Notes under the pieces: model-generated | The model's database searches: none | What the model saw: only the letters and a program-made list of their open reading frames with translations | Told to the model about the DNA's origin: nothing | Source of the DNA: an uncultured Eubacteriales bacterium | GTDB taxonomy: Bacteria > Bacillota > Clostridia > Oscillospirales > CAG-272 | NCBI GenBank assembly: GCA_934446285.1 | Contig: CAKSEI010000001.1 | Location: forward strand, 6,498-70,497 | DNA length: 64,000 nt | Direction of reading: 5' to 3' | Part shown: positions 9,497-17,880 of the stretch, in pieces | Position numbering within the stretch: position 1 is the first letter of the stretch | Layout of the letters: each line of letters opens with the position of its first letter | Translations under genes and position numbers: made by a program

Positions 9497-10195
9497 TTAT
9501 AACAGTCTCGTGAGATATCCGTCTCTGCGGGCGAGCACGTATTTGCTCACCGAAATCTCCGCGCGGTCGACGGGGTTGATAAGGCGGCGTATATAGTCGA
9601 GCAGAAATCCGTTGTACTTGACTTCGAGCACGGTATTCTGCGCGGACAGCACGGGTATCATATTAAGCTCGGGGTCGAAGAGTGCGAAGCTGCTCTCGGT
9701 CGACCTGATATCAGAGTCAAGGGTTATCCTTATGCGGTTTTCCTTTGCGATAAACGCCTTTCGGTTGTACTCAACGATTGTTTTCGGCAGATAGCACAGC
9801 CTGTGCATAAGCCCGTAGCACTCGGCGGCGAAGGGCTCGGAATACCCGAGCAGCGGGGAGTAATCGCCGCGCGTGAGCCGCTGCGCATCGGGGCGCATCA
9901 GGCGCAGCGAGCGCTTGAGCTGATTTGACCCCTGCTTTTGTTTTATCTCAAGCATGGCGAAATCCGAGAGCGTGTCGTAGCAGCGCAGACGAATCTTCCG
10001 GCGCGTCTCCGTCCCCGCGAGCTTGTCGAAATAGTCTCCGTCGTACAGGGTATCGAAATAGAGCGAGCGTATCATATACCCGCGTGAGCCGTTGTGCGGG
10101 TCGGGTGCGAGCACCTGCCCGAGCCGCCTCTCAAGGGAAGCTGCCTCGTCCGCGCGCAAAAGAAACTTCTTTTCCTCGCGCAATACACTGTTCAA
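9497..10195 (-). CDS. VTC-domain (triphosphate tunnel metalloenzyme / polyphosphate-polymerase-like) protein
   Basis: 232 aa. Alternating charged beta-strand motifs typical of TTM/VTC: EEKKFLL, YMIRSLYFDT, RRKIRLRCY, LEIKQKQG and VLEVKYNG. TTG start with a GGGGGTG RBS. Confidence 0.75.
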   Translation of the reverse strand: MNSVLREEKKFLLRADEAASLERRLGQVLAPDPHNGSRGYMIRSLYFDTLYDGDYFDKLAGTETRRKIRLRCYDTLSDFAMLEIKQKQGSNQLKRSLRLMRPDAQRLTRGDYSPLLGYSEPFAAECYGLMHRLCYLPKTIVEYNRKAFIAKENRIRITLDSDIRSTESSFALFDPELNMIPVLSAQNTVLEVKYNGFLLDYIRRLINPVDRAEISVSKYVLARRDGYLTRLL

Positions 10196-10211
10196 TACTT
10201 CACCCCCTACG

Positions 10212-10253
10212 AAAACAAAAAGACCGACCGCCTCATAAAAGAAGTGCGGTCAG
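10212..10253 (-). terminator. Intrinsic terminator forming the riboswitch expression platform
   Basis: The minus-strand RNA reads CUGACCGC-(14 nt)-GCGGUCGG followed by UCUUUUUGUUUU. It sits between the aptamer and the RBS of the VTC gene. Confidence 0.6.
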
Positions 10254-10332
10254 TCGATCATACGGTAAAACCGTTTAGACACTAAACTTTGCGTCCCTGC
10301 CTTTCGACAGGTTTGCCCGAAATACCCCGATT
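10254..10332 (-). promoter_or_regulatory. c-di-GMP-I (GEMM-I) riboswitch aptamer
   Basis: The minus-strand RNA reads GGGCAAACCUGUCGAAAGGCAGGGACGCAAAG. Its conserved positions match the remembered Vc2 aptamer GGGCAAACCAUUCGAAAGAGUGGGACGCAAAG. The downstream CUAAAC...GUAUG resembles the tetraloop-receptor halves. The P2 fold could not be fully verified by eye. Confidence 0.75.
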
Positions 10333-10340
10333 TTACGCTT

Positions 10341-10370
10341 ATTATACCACATCTGTCCGCAAAAAGTCAA
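10341..10370 (-). promoter_or_regulatory. SigA-type promoter of the riboswitch operon
   Basis: Minus strand: TTGACT (10370-10365), an 18-nt spacer, then TGgTATAAT (extended -10; hexamer 10346-10341). Confidence 0.6.
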
Positions 10371-10417
10371 GCCCTTCGCAAAAAAATCGGTGAGAAAGGG
10401 CTTTCGCAAATCGGGTG

Positions 10418-10446
10418 TTGACAATCGGCGCTCTTTGTGTTAGACT
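10418..10446 (+). promoter_or_regulatory. SigA-type promoter of the ABC-exporter leader
   Basis: TTGACA (10418-10423), a 17-nt spacer, then TAGACT (10441-10446). Confidence 0.5.
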
Positions 10447-10524
10447 GAAAGCGTAAATTACGGGCAATCAAAGACAGCGGAGATTTATCGCCGTGTCACG
10501 GCTTTTTCCCGCGGCGGGGTTAAG

Positions 10525-10620
10525 ATGATATTGCACAATTACAGCGGCAATTATTATAAAAATCGCACCGACATCGCTCTGTCGTATTCTCGTCATGCCC
10601 ATCCGAATAAATTTCTCTGA
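10525..10620 (+). CDS. Candidate 31-codon leader sORF (MILHNYSGNYYKNRTDIALSYSRHAHPNKFL)
   Basis: ATG preceded by GGCGGGG. Its TGA abuts the first base of the downstream terminator hairpin. It is too short for the ORF track, and coding status is unproven. Confidence 0.25.
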   Translation: MILHNYSGNYYKNRTDIALSYSRHAHPNKFL

Positions 10621-10651
10621 ACAGGACACGCGCGTCGCGTCCTGTTTTTTT
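10621..10651 (+). terminator. Intrinsic terminator or attenuator between the leader and the ABC exporter
   Basis: ACAGGACACGCG-CGT-CGCGTCCTGT followed by T7. It lies 33 nt before the ABC start codon. Confidence 0.7.
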
Positions 10652-10683
10652 ACCCCGCAAAAACCCGCACGGAGGAAGAGGAC

Positions 10684-12447
10684 TTGAAGAAAAACAGATT
10701 TTTATTCCTTTTGAAGCCGTTTTTCAAATACGGCAAAGGATATTTTCTGATAATGCTTATACTGCCCGTCATATGCAATGCGGTTTCCATACTCGTCTCC
10801 GTATCGATGGACAAGCAGATAATCGACTCCATAATCGCGGGAAACGGCTTTGTATATACGATAAAAACGGCGCTTTTCTGGGAGGCACTCTTTGTTGGAG
10901 TTTTCATCGCCGACTCCTTTATCACGCTTAATCTGCAGAATGTTAATTACTACAAAATCACCTCGAAAATAACGGAGGATATCTATGATAAAGCTCTGCA
11001 CACCGATGTTGCAAACACGGATTTGCCGGGCTTTTACGACTCATATTCCTATACCGTAAGAGAATATCCGGGTCTTTCCCACGCAGCCCTCACGACTCTT
11101 TCTCAGATATGCGTCTCGGTTGTCGGCGTGGCTACGGTTTTCTCCGCCGTATCGTACCTGAGTTGGTTTGCCGTCCTGCTTACCGCGCTCTATGCGCTGA
11201 CAACAATTCCGCTCGACAGAAAAACAAGCGAGCTGTCCGCAGAAAGGCGCGAACAGATGAACTCCGCCTCCCGACGGCTCGGGTATATTCAAAAGCTGTT
11301 TTATCAGAAGGAATATCTCTTCCCGTTCAGAATAACCGATTTCAGACGGCACGTGCTGCGGGATTTTCATGAGACTTATGAGAAAATAACATCTATCCAA
11401 AAGGAAAAAAATCTTAAGCTTTGTCTGATAACCGTTTTTCAGACCGTATATGCCCGCGCGATAACGCTCGTGATAATGGGCATATACATTCATCTCATAA
11501 TTTCCGGCAAGCTGTCAATCGGTTCTTTTGTCGCGGTGATGTCGGCGACAAAAATCTTAAGGAGCATATTTCACAATTTCGCCGGTCACTACAGAAAGAT
11601 ACGCGAGCTGTGCCTATCGACAAACAAGATGTACGACTTCTTCAATGTTACACCGACCATAGAAAAGCCGGGCGGAAAAAGTCTCGTCTCTGCCGCATCG
11701 GGCGATTTTGAATTGAAGCTCTCTCAGGTATCTTTTCACTATCCGAACTCGGACAGAGGCGTAAAAAGCATCGACCTCTGCATAAAAAGCGGGCAGAAAA
11801 CAGCAATAGTCGGAAAGAACGGCTCGGGGAAATCAACACTCGTCAAGCTGCTCCTGCGCCTTTACGCCCCCGACAGCGGCAGCATTACCCTTAATAATAT
11901 ACCTATAGAGGAATATGATATAAGCAACTACAGAAACTCTGTAGGAGTTGCGCTGCAGGACTCGCATATTTTCGCCTTTTCCGTCAGAGACAATCTGACA
12001 AGATATTGCGACGTCGCAGACTCAGAGATGCTGAATGCGCTTGAAAAGCTGGATTTAAAAAATGTATGCGAGATAAGCCGCGGCGATCTGAACAGGCAGC
12101 TGACAAGAGAGTTTTATGCGGACGGTATAGAGCTTTCCGGCGGTGAAAAGCAAAAAATCGCGATAGCGTCCGTTTTGGTGGGAATTTTTGATTTACTGAT
12201 ATTTGACGAGCCGACGAGCCAGCTCGACCCGATTTCCGAATACAATCTGAACAGCCTTATATTAAGTGAGTCAAATAAGAACGCGACGGTCATCATCTCA
12301 CACCGTCTGTCACTCGTTAAAAATGCCGACCTTATCCTCGTCATGAACGACGGGGAAATAGTCGAGCGCGGCACTCACGCCGATTTAATGCAAAAGGGAG
12401 GACTCTACCGTGAAATGTACGAAAAGCAGGCAAGGGAGTACACCTGA
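10684..12447 (+). CDS. ABC exporter, fused permease/ATPase (type I exporter half-transporter)
   Basis: 587 aa. Six-TM N-domain, Walker A GKNGSGKST, signature LSGGEKQKIAIA and Walker B LLIFDEPTS. TTG start with a GGAGGAAGAGG RBS. It looks visibly more AT-rich than its neighbours. Confidence 0.85.
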   Translation: MKKNRFLFLLKPFFKYGKGYFLIMLILPVICNAVSILVSVSMDKQIIDSIIAGNGFVYTIKTALFWEALFVGVFIADSFITLNLQNVNYYKITSKITEDIYDKALHTDVANTDLPGFYDSYSYTVREYPGLSHAALTTLSQICVSVVGVATVFSAVSYLSWFAVLLTALYALTTIPLDRKTSELSAERREQMNSASRRLGYIQKLFYQKEYLFPFRITDFRRHVLRDFHETYEKITSIQKEKNLKLCLITVFQTVYARAITLVIMGIYIHLIISGKLSIGSFVAVMSATKILRSIFHNFAGHYRKIRELCLSTNKMYDFFNVTPTIEKPGGKSLVSAASGDFELKLSQVSFHYPNSDRGVKSIDLCIKSGQKTAIVGKNGSGKSTLVKLLLRLYAPDSGSITLNNIPIEEYDISNYRNSVGVALQDSHIFAFSVRDNLTRYCDVADSEMLNALEKLDLKNVCEISRGDLNRQLTREFYADGIELSGGEKQKIAIASVLVGIFDLLIFDEPTSQLDPISEYNLNSLILSESNKNATVIISHRLSLVKNADLILVMNDGEIVERGTHADLMQKGGLYREMYEKQAREYT

Positions 12448-12504
12448 CCCCCTGCTCTGCTTTTCTCATAAAATTTTCGATTTTTTCAATATAATGCCTC
12501 GCGG

Positions 12505-14613
12505 TCAGGCGGTGAAGTCGAATACGGCTTTGCCGCCGTCAAGGCGCAGGCGCGCGTCAAAGCTGCCTCCCGTGCGTGCCGAGACAAAGCCCTCTATCTT
12601 TGACGTGCTGCCGCTCTCGAGCAGCATTCTCATGTTAGAGGGAGATATGACCCTGCCGCATATCGTCATGCTCACGCCGAAACGGCAGCCCTCCTTATAT
12701 CCTCTGCAGCCGTAGCCGAACTTCGTGCGCGTAACGGCATTCCCGCACAGCGGACACCTGCCCACCTCCTCGCCGTAAAAGCCGATATCCCTATCCTTTT
12801 CCGGCGGGACTTCTTTTTTCGCGAAAACCTCCGCTATCTCAGCGCGCGCAAGCGACACCGCGTCGTCGACGCTGCTCTCACCCCTGAAAACGCGCTTGAG
12901 CGCCTTGCCCATTTCGCTTGTCTTATATTTATCCATATTTATATTCATGCGCCCGAGCGACTCTATCAGATACTCGCCCGCGGGCAGGATGGTATAGACA
13001 TCCTTTTTCAGCTGAATATATCCGCTCTTGCGCGCGTTCTCGATTATGCCCGTGCGCGTTGCCTCCGTGCCCAGCTCAAGTCCCTCGAAAAGCGCGCGGT
13101 AATCCTCGCTGTCGTCCGTCTCCGCGCCCTCCTCCGTGTCGCGCAGACGGGCTTTATCCTCTCTGAAAGGATTTTTTAAATAATTATTAAGCGTCTCTAT
13201 GGTATAGTGCTTGGGCGGGCTTGTCTGTTTTTCCTCCGCACGAAAATCGACATTTACGCTGTCTCCCCGCGAAAGGGCTGGCAGAATTTTATCCTTTGTC
13301 GGGCAGTCGTCGAACTTCGTCCACCCCTGCTCGACTATGACCGTACCCTTGAGAGTGAACTCCTCGTCCGCACACCTTACCGTCACCGTTGTGCGGTCGG
13401 CTACGCAGTCGCGCGAGCAAAAGACCGCCGTAAAGCGACTTAAGACCGCGGCGTAGACTAACTTCTCCCTGTCGGTCAGTCGCGCGGGGTCGGGGAACTT
13501 ATATGTCGGGGTGAGCGCCGAATGGCTCTCTATCTTTGAGTCGTCGAAAATGCTCTTGCCGTCCTTGAATGTCACGGGATAGCCCTTGCCCGCGACGACG
13601 GAAATTATGCTGCGTATCTTGTCCTTTTCCGCCGTGGCAAGATACTCGGAATTCGTTCGCGGATAGGTGAGATACCCGTCCTCATACAGCTTTTGCGTCA
13701 GGGCAAGCGACTCGTCCATCGGCATTTTGTACTTTTTGCCGAGATAATTCTGCAATTTCGAGAGCGAATAGAGCTTGCCCGGCTTTATCACGTCTCTTTT
13801 TTTCTTTACCGATGTGACCACTGCTCCCGCCGCATTGTACTTCTCGCACAGGGCGCGCGCCTCATCCGCCTTTTCGCGCGGGAATTTATTTTTACTCGTA
13901 AGCTCAACCGTTATTCCGTTCGTCTGAGCCTTTGAGACTGCGGCATAGTATATGTCGGGCTTGAAATTCCGTATGCTCATGTCGCGCTCGTAGATTGCGC
14001 GGACGATGGGCACGATGACCCTGCCGACACGTAAGAGCGTACCCGTGCGCAGAGTCGCATAACGCGTCAGATTGACCCCGTAAAGCCAATCGGTAAACGT
14101 GCGTGCATAGCCCTCTCCCGCAAGCAGGTCGTACTCCTTCTCGTCCTTCAGCGCCTCCGCCGACTCCCTTATCGTCTCGGGTGTCTGGTCGGGCAGCCAC
14201 ATGCGCGTGCGCCTCTTGCCCGTGACACCCGTTTTATCTATGCACAGCCTTATTATTATCTCTCCCTCGCGGTCGGCGTCTCCCGCATTGACTATCTCGT
14301 CAACGTCATCGCGCAGGCAGAGCTTTTTTATTATATTAAACTGTCTCTCAATACCGTCGTCCGCCCGTCCGTCCGCGCCCGATCGCAGCTTATAGTCGAA
14401 TTTCTCTGGAAAGCAGGGCAGATTGTCCATGCACCACCTGCCGCTCCCGCTCGGTGAATAATGCTCGATATCCTCGAGCGAAAAGAGGTGTCCGAATGCC
14501 CACGTGACGATATATCCGCCGCCCTCGAGGCAGCCGTCTCGGCGCGTGCGTGCGCCGAGTGCGGCAGCGATATTGCGGCCGAGAGACGGCTTTTCCGCTA
14601 TTATCAGCTTCAT
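12505..14613 (-). CDS. topB: DNA topoisomerase III
   Basis: 702 aa. MKLIIAEKPSLGRNIAAALG Toprim start, DADREGE, type IA core with catalytic-Tyr region LTYPRTNSEYL, and a C-terminal Cys4 zinc ribbon (CPLCG...CRGYKEGC). Confidence 0.85.
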   Translation of the reverse strand: MKLIIAEKPSLGRNIAAALGARTRRDGCLEGGGYIVTWAFGHLFSLEDIEHYSPSGSGRWCMDNLPCFPEKFDYKLRSGADGRADDGIERQFNIIKKLCLRDDVDEIVNAGDADREGEIIIRLCIDKTGVTGKRRTRMWLPDQTPETIRESAEALKDEKEYDLLAGEGYARTFTDWLYGVNLTRYATLRTGTLLRVGRVIVPIVRAIYERDMSIRNFKPDIYYAAVSKAQTNGITVELTSKNKFPREKADEARALCEKYNAAGAVVTSVKKKRDVIKPGKLYSLSKLQNYLGKKYKMPMDESLALTQKLYEDGYLTYPRTNSEYLATAEKDKIRSIISVVAGKGYPVTFKDGKSIFDDSKIESHSALTPTYKFPDPARLTDREKLVYAAVLSRFTAVFCSRDCVADRTTVTVRCADEEFTLKGTVIVEQGWTKFDDCPTKDKILPALSRGDSVNVDFRAEEKQTSPPKHYTIETLNNYLKNPFREDKARLRDTEEGAETDDSEDYRALFEGLELGTEATRTGIIENARKSGYIQLKKDVYTILPAGEYLIESLGRMNINMDKYKTSEMGKALKRVFRGESSVDDAVSLARAEIAEVFAKKEVPPEKDRDIGFYGEEVGRCPLCGNAVTRTKFGYGCRGYKEGCRFGVSMTICGRVISPSNMRMLLESGSTSKIEGFVSARTGGSFDARLRLDGGKAVFDFTA

Positions 14614-15329
14614 GTGTTTTTCTCCGATTTTTCCGTACAGTCAAATAACCGTGCAAAGCGCGGGAAGAGCGGGCGCGGCTGCATTCTGCTGCGGAAGAGT
14701 TTATCGAAAAGTCCGATTGCCGTGCCGTTGACGGGCGTGACAAGCACAGTTCCTATGCCTATGCCGCGTATTCCGCCGAAAAAGGCAAGTGACATCACAA
14801 GCGCGAGCACGAAAAAAGAAAGATCGAACGCAGTTTTGAACTTTGAGAGCGAGATACCGTACCTGCCGCTCACGCCCTTTACAAACATATCGTTTACCTG
14901 CGGCGGCAGATACGTATTAAAGCCGAGCGCGACGGCGAAGGCGGTGAGCAGCGCTCCCGCGGCGAACAGCGCAATTCTCACGGGCATATCCGTGCTGCCG
15001 GGAGCGGTGCGCGTCGGGTCGAGCAGGGGAAGCACGGCACGCCATACATCGAGCACCGCGCCGTATATTATACAGGTAGCAAATGAGAAAAGATAGGGCA
15101 GGCGGAAGCCTTTCATAACCGCACAGAAAAGCACAAACAAAAGCGCCTGAACGATATACTCTCCCCTGCCGAACGATATAAAATCAAAGCGCAGGCTCAG
15201 TATATACGGCGGCGCAACTATCATGGAAACACCGAAGTCCGCCGCGGCGGTCATGGCGACGCCGAGCGACAGCAGCGTTATCGCGATTATGTATACAGCC
15301 TCCGACGGGACTCTTAACTTCCTTTCCAT
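14610..15329 (-). CDS. Polytopic membrane protein (YczE/DUF6198-like)
   Basis: 239 aa with about six TM helices. N-terminal pattern LLSLGVAMTAAADFGVSMIVAPPYILS. Its stop overlaps the topB start (ATGA). Confidence 0.45.
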   Translation of the reverse strand: MERKLRVPSEAVYIIAITLLSLGVAMTAAADFGVSMIVAPPYILSLRFDFISFGRGEYIVQALLFVLFCAVMKGFRLPYLFSFATCIIYGAVLDVWRAVLPLLDPTRTAPGSTDMPVRIALFAAGALLTAFAVALGFNTYLPPQVNDMFVKGVSGRYGISLSKFKTAFDLSFFVLALVMSLAFFGGIRGIGIGTVLVTPVNGTAIGLFDKLFRSRMQPRPLFPRFARLFDCTEKSEKNT

Positions 15330-15516
15330 CCGATTTTCCTCCGTATGTCAAAAACGTATATATTATAGCAGAAACGCGCGGTTTTGACAAGCTCCGGACG
15401 CAAAAGCGGACGCACGCAAAAAAGAGAAACCCCCGTAGCGGGGATTTCTCTTTTTTTACAGCCGCGTACCGCTCTTCGCAAAAAGCGAAAACGGAACGGG
15501 TCATATCAGACAAAGC

Positions 15517-17220
15517 TCAGATATTCATGATAATGGGTAAAATCATCGGGCGGCGCTTTGTCTTTTGGTATATAGCACGAGACAGCTCTTCCTTTACCGC
15601 ATTCTTCATCTGATTCCAATCCTGCTTGCCGTGAGAAAGGCAATTGTCTATAGCGCCCGAGGCAATTTCACGCAGCTCGTTTATCAGCTCTTCGTTTTCG
15701 CGCACATATACAAATCCGCGTGAAACAACGTCCGGTCCCGACACCACGTCCATATACGCCGTGTCGACCGTCGCGACGACTACTATAAGTCCGTCCTCCG
15801 AGAGGTGCTTTCTGTCGCGCAGGACGATATTTCCGACGTCTCCGACACCCAGTCCGTCAACAAGGATGTTGCCCGCCTGCTCCGTGCCGGCAAAGCGCGC
15901 ACCCTTTCTGTCTATCTCTATTACCTTTCCTATATCGGAGACAAACACATGATCGGGGCGCATCCCCATCTCGCACGCAAGCTCCTTGTGCGCGTTAAGA
16001 TGCTTATACTCGCCGTGAACCGGCATGAAATACTTCGGACAGACGAGCGCGTGCATGAGCTTCAGCTCCTCGACGCAGGCGTGTCCCGAAACGTGAACCG
16101 AAACGGACGGGTCGCGGAATACCGATATGCCGCGGCGCGACAGTTCATTTACTATATTTCCGACGAGCTTTTCGTTTCCGGGTATCGGATGAGCGGAGAT
16201 GACGACAAGGTCGGAAACTCCGAGCTGCACCTTTTCATGTCCCGAATATGCCATGCGGTAGAGTGCAGACATAGGCTCGCCCTGGCTGCCCGTGGATATT
16301 ATCGTTAACTTCTCGGGCGGGTATTTTTTTATCTCAGATATGTCAATAAGAGTTCCCTCGGGGATGTGCATATAGCCGAGGTCGATTGCCGCCGAGACTA
16401 TATTTAGTATGCTCCTGCCCGTCACGGCAACCTTGCGCCCGTAGCGCGCGGAGGAGTCGATTATCTGCTGCACTCTGTGGACATTGCTTGAGAATGTCGC
16501 TATCACTATGCGCTTGTCCGGGTGGCGCATGAATATCGTATCAAGGCTTCTGCCTATGCTCTTCTCCGACGGAGTGTAGCCCTCGCGCTCGACGTTCGTC
16601 GACTCGCACATGAGCATGATTACTCCCTTCCTCCCTATCTCGCCGAGGCGCGCAAGGTCGGTTATCTCGCCGTCGACGGGAGTATAATCAACCTTGAAGT
16701 CGCCCGAATGCACGAGATATCCGAGCGGAGTCTTTATAGCAAGTGCGCACGCGTCGGCAATGGAATGGTTTACATGTATAAATTCGACGGTCATCTTGCC
16801 CGCCTCGATAACATCTCCCGCCTGAACGCATATAAGCTCGGGCTGATAGTCGTATGTATGCTCGGAGAGCTTGCCGGAAATTATTCCGAGGGTTAATTTC
16901 GTGCCGTATACCGGGACGTGCAGGTCGCGCAGCACGTACGGCAGCGCTCCTATATGATCCTCATGTCCGTGGGTTATGAATATGCCGCGTATCCTGTCCT
17001 GACGCTCTATCAAGTAGGTTACGTCGGGTATAACGCAGTCGATGCCGAGCATATCGTCGTCGGGAAATCCCATGCCGCAGTCGACGACTATTATATCCTC
17101 GTCGCACTCTATGACGGTCATATTCTTACCTATCTCGGAAAGTCCTCCGAGAGAAAGAATTCTTATCTTACTGTTGCTTCGGGGCATTCCCGTGCGTTTT
17201 TTTCTTGTTTTGTATGCCAT
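15517..17220 (-). CDS. rnj: Ribonuclease J
   Basis: Metallo-beta-lactamase motif THGHEDHIGALP, beta-CASP region and a C-terminal domain. I prefer the ATG at 17220 (MAYKTRKK; RBS GGAAAGGA) over the ORF-track start at 17325. Confidence 0.85.
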   Translation of the reverse strand: MAYKTRKKRTGMPRSNSKIRILSLGGLSEIGKNMTVIECDEDIIVVDCGMGFPDDDMLGIDCVIPDVTYLIERQDRIRGIFITHGHEDHIGALPYVLRDLHVPVYGTKLTLGIISGKLSEHTYDYQPELICVQAGDVIEAGKMTVEFIHVNHSIADACALAIKTPLGYLVHSGDFKVDYTPVDGEITDLARLGEIGRKGVIMLMCESTNVEREGYTPSEKSIGRSLDTIFMRHPDKRIVIATFSSNVHRVQQIIDSSARYGRKVAVTGRSILNIVSAAIDLGYMHIPEGTLIDISEIKKYPPEKLTIISTGSQGEPMSALYRMAYSGHEKVQLGVSDLVVISAHPIPGNEKLVGNIVNELSRRGISVFRDPSVSVHVSGHACVEELKLMHALVCPKYFMPVHGEYKHLNAHKELACEMGMRPDHVFVSDIGKVIEIDRKGARFAGTEQAGNILVDGLGVGDVGNIVLRDRKHLSEDGLIVVVATVDTAYMDVVSGPDVVSRGFVYVRENEELINELREIASGAIDNCLSHGKQDWNQMKNAVKEELSRAIYQKTKRRPMILPIIMNI

Positions 17221-17410
17221 ATTTTCCTTTCCCGCACGCAAAAAAACGTGCTTACGTATGTAATCACTGATAAGAAATATATTTACCGGACGCGTAGGAG
17301 AGCGCACAAGGCGATCGCGTGACAACTCTCCTGTCCGATATTTTATCCGTTCTTTTTACATCCTAAATATATTGTACCACATACGGGAGGGTTTGTCAAT
17401 CCCGCATATC

Positions 17411-17692
17411 TTAAATCGCCGCACGCAGCAGCAAAACCGCCGCAGCACCCGCGAAAGCTCCCGCCGCAAAGAGAACTGCGCGTATCAACCTCTCGCGCAC
17501 GGGCAGCCCCTCGCGCGTGAAGTAGCCGGATATCAGATTGTCGTTTACTATCCTGTTCGCCTCGCGTATCATCTCGGTCTCCGAGGCACACGCCGAGCGC
17601 GGAATTTTATCCTTTATTATAAAATATACCTCGTCAAAAAATTCCGAGCCCGTGTTGCGCAGCATGAGTATCTTCTTCTGACAGCTTTTCAT
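17411..17692 (-). CDS. Small hypothetical protein with a C-terminal TM helix
   Basis: 93-aa ORF with plausible composition and a hydrophobic tail AVLFAAGAFAGAAAVLLL. No family was recognised. Confidence 0.4.
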   Translation of the reverse strand: MKSCQKKILMLRNTGSEFFDEVYFIIKDKIPRSACASETEMIREANRIVNDNLISGYFTREGLPVRERLIRAVLFAAGAFAGAAAVLLLRAAI

Positions 17693-17799
17693 CTTCTCAC
17701 CTCACGATAATCTTTGACATAAAAAAAGTGCCGTATTCACGGCGAAAAGAAAAACTTTCCGCCGCGATACGGCGTTTCGGCAGGTATATTGAATAGATT

Positions 17800-17880
17800 T
17801 TTGCAAAAGAAATCACGCAATCCTTTAAAAAGGCTCGACCCGAATTTCTGATAAGGGGGTAAGCGAGGGCGCTTCCTATA
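17800..17880 (-). repeat. Partial copy (E) of the mosaic intergenic repeat family
   Basis: CCTTTAAAAAGGCTCGACCCGAATTTCTGATAAGGGGGTAAGCGAGGGCGCTTCCTATAC parallels 25838-25905 (copy B) and 46268-46290/46405-46425 (copy C). It immediately follows the asnA stop. Confidence 0.45.

Noticed and set aside
17221-17325. N-terminal extensions in the ORF track for rnj, and likewise for pnp (28438-28482), rpoA (60287-60343), dut (23281-23325), rnfC (46443-46544), rnfD (47857-47910), pepF (34288-34329) and gpmI (43003-43011).
   Set aside because: In each case an internal ATG has a proper GGAGG-type RBS at 5-10 nt and begins at the conserved N-terminus of the family. The extensions are basic or odd sequences without an RBS.
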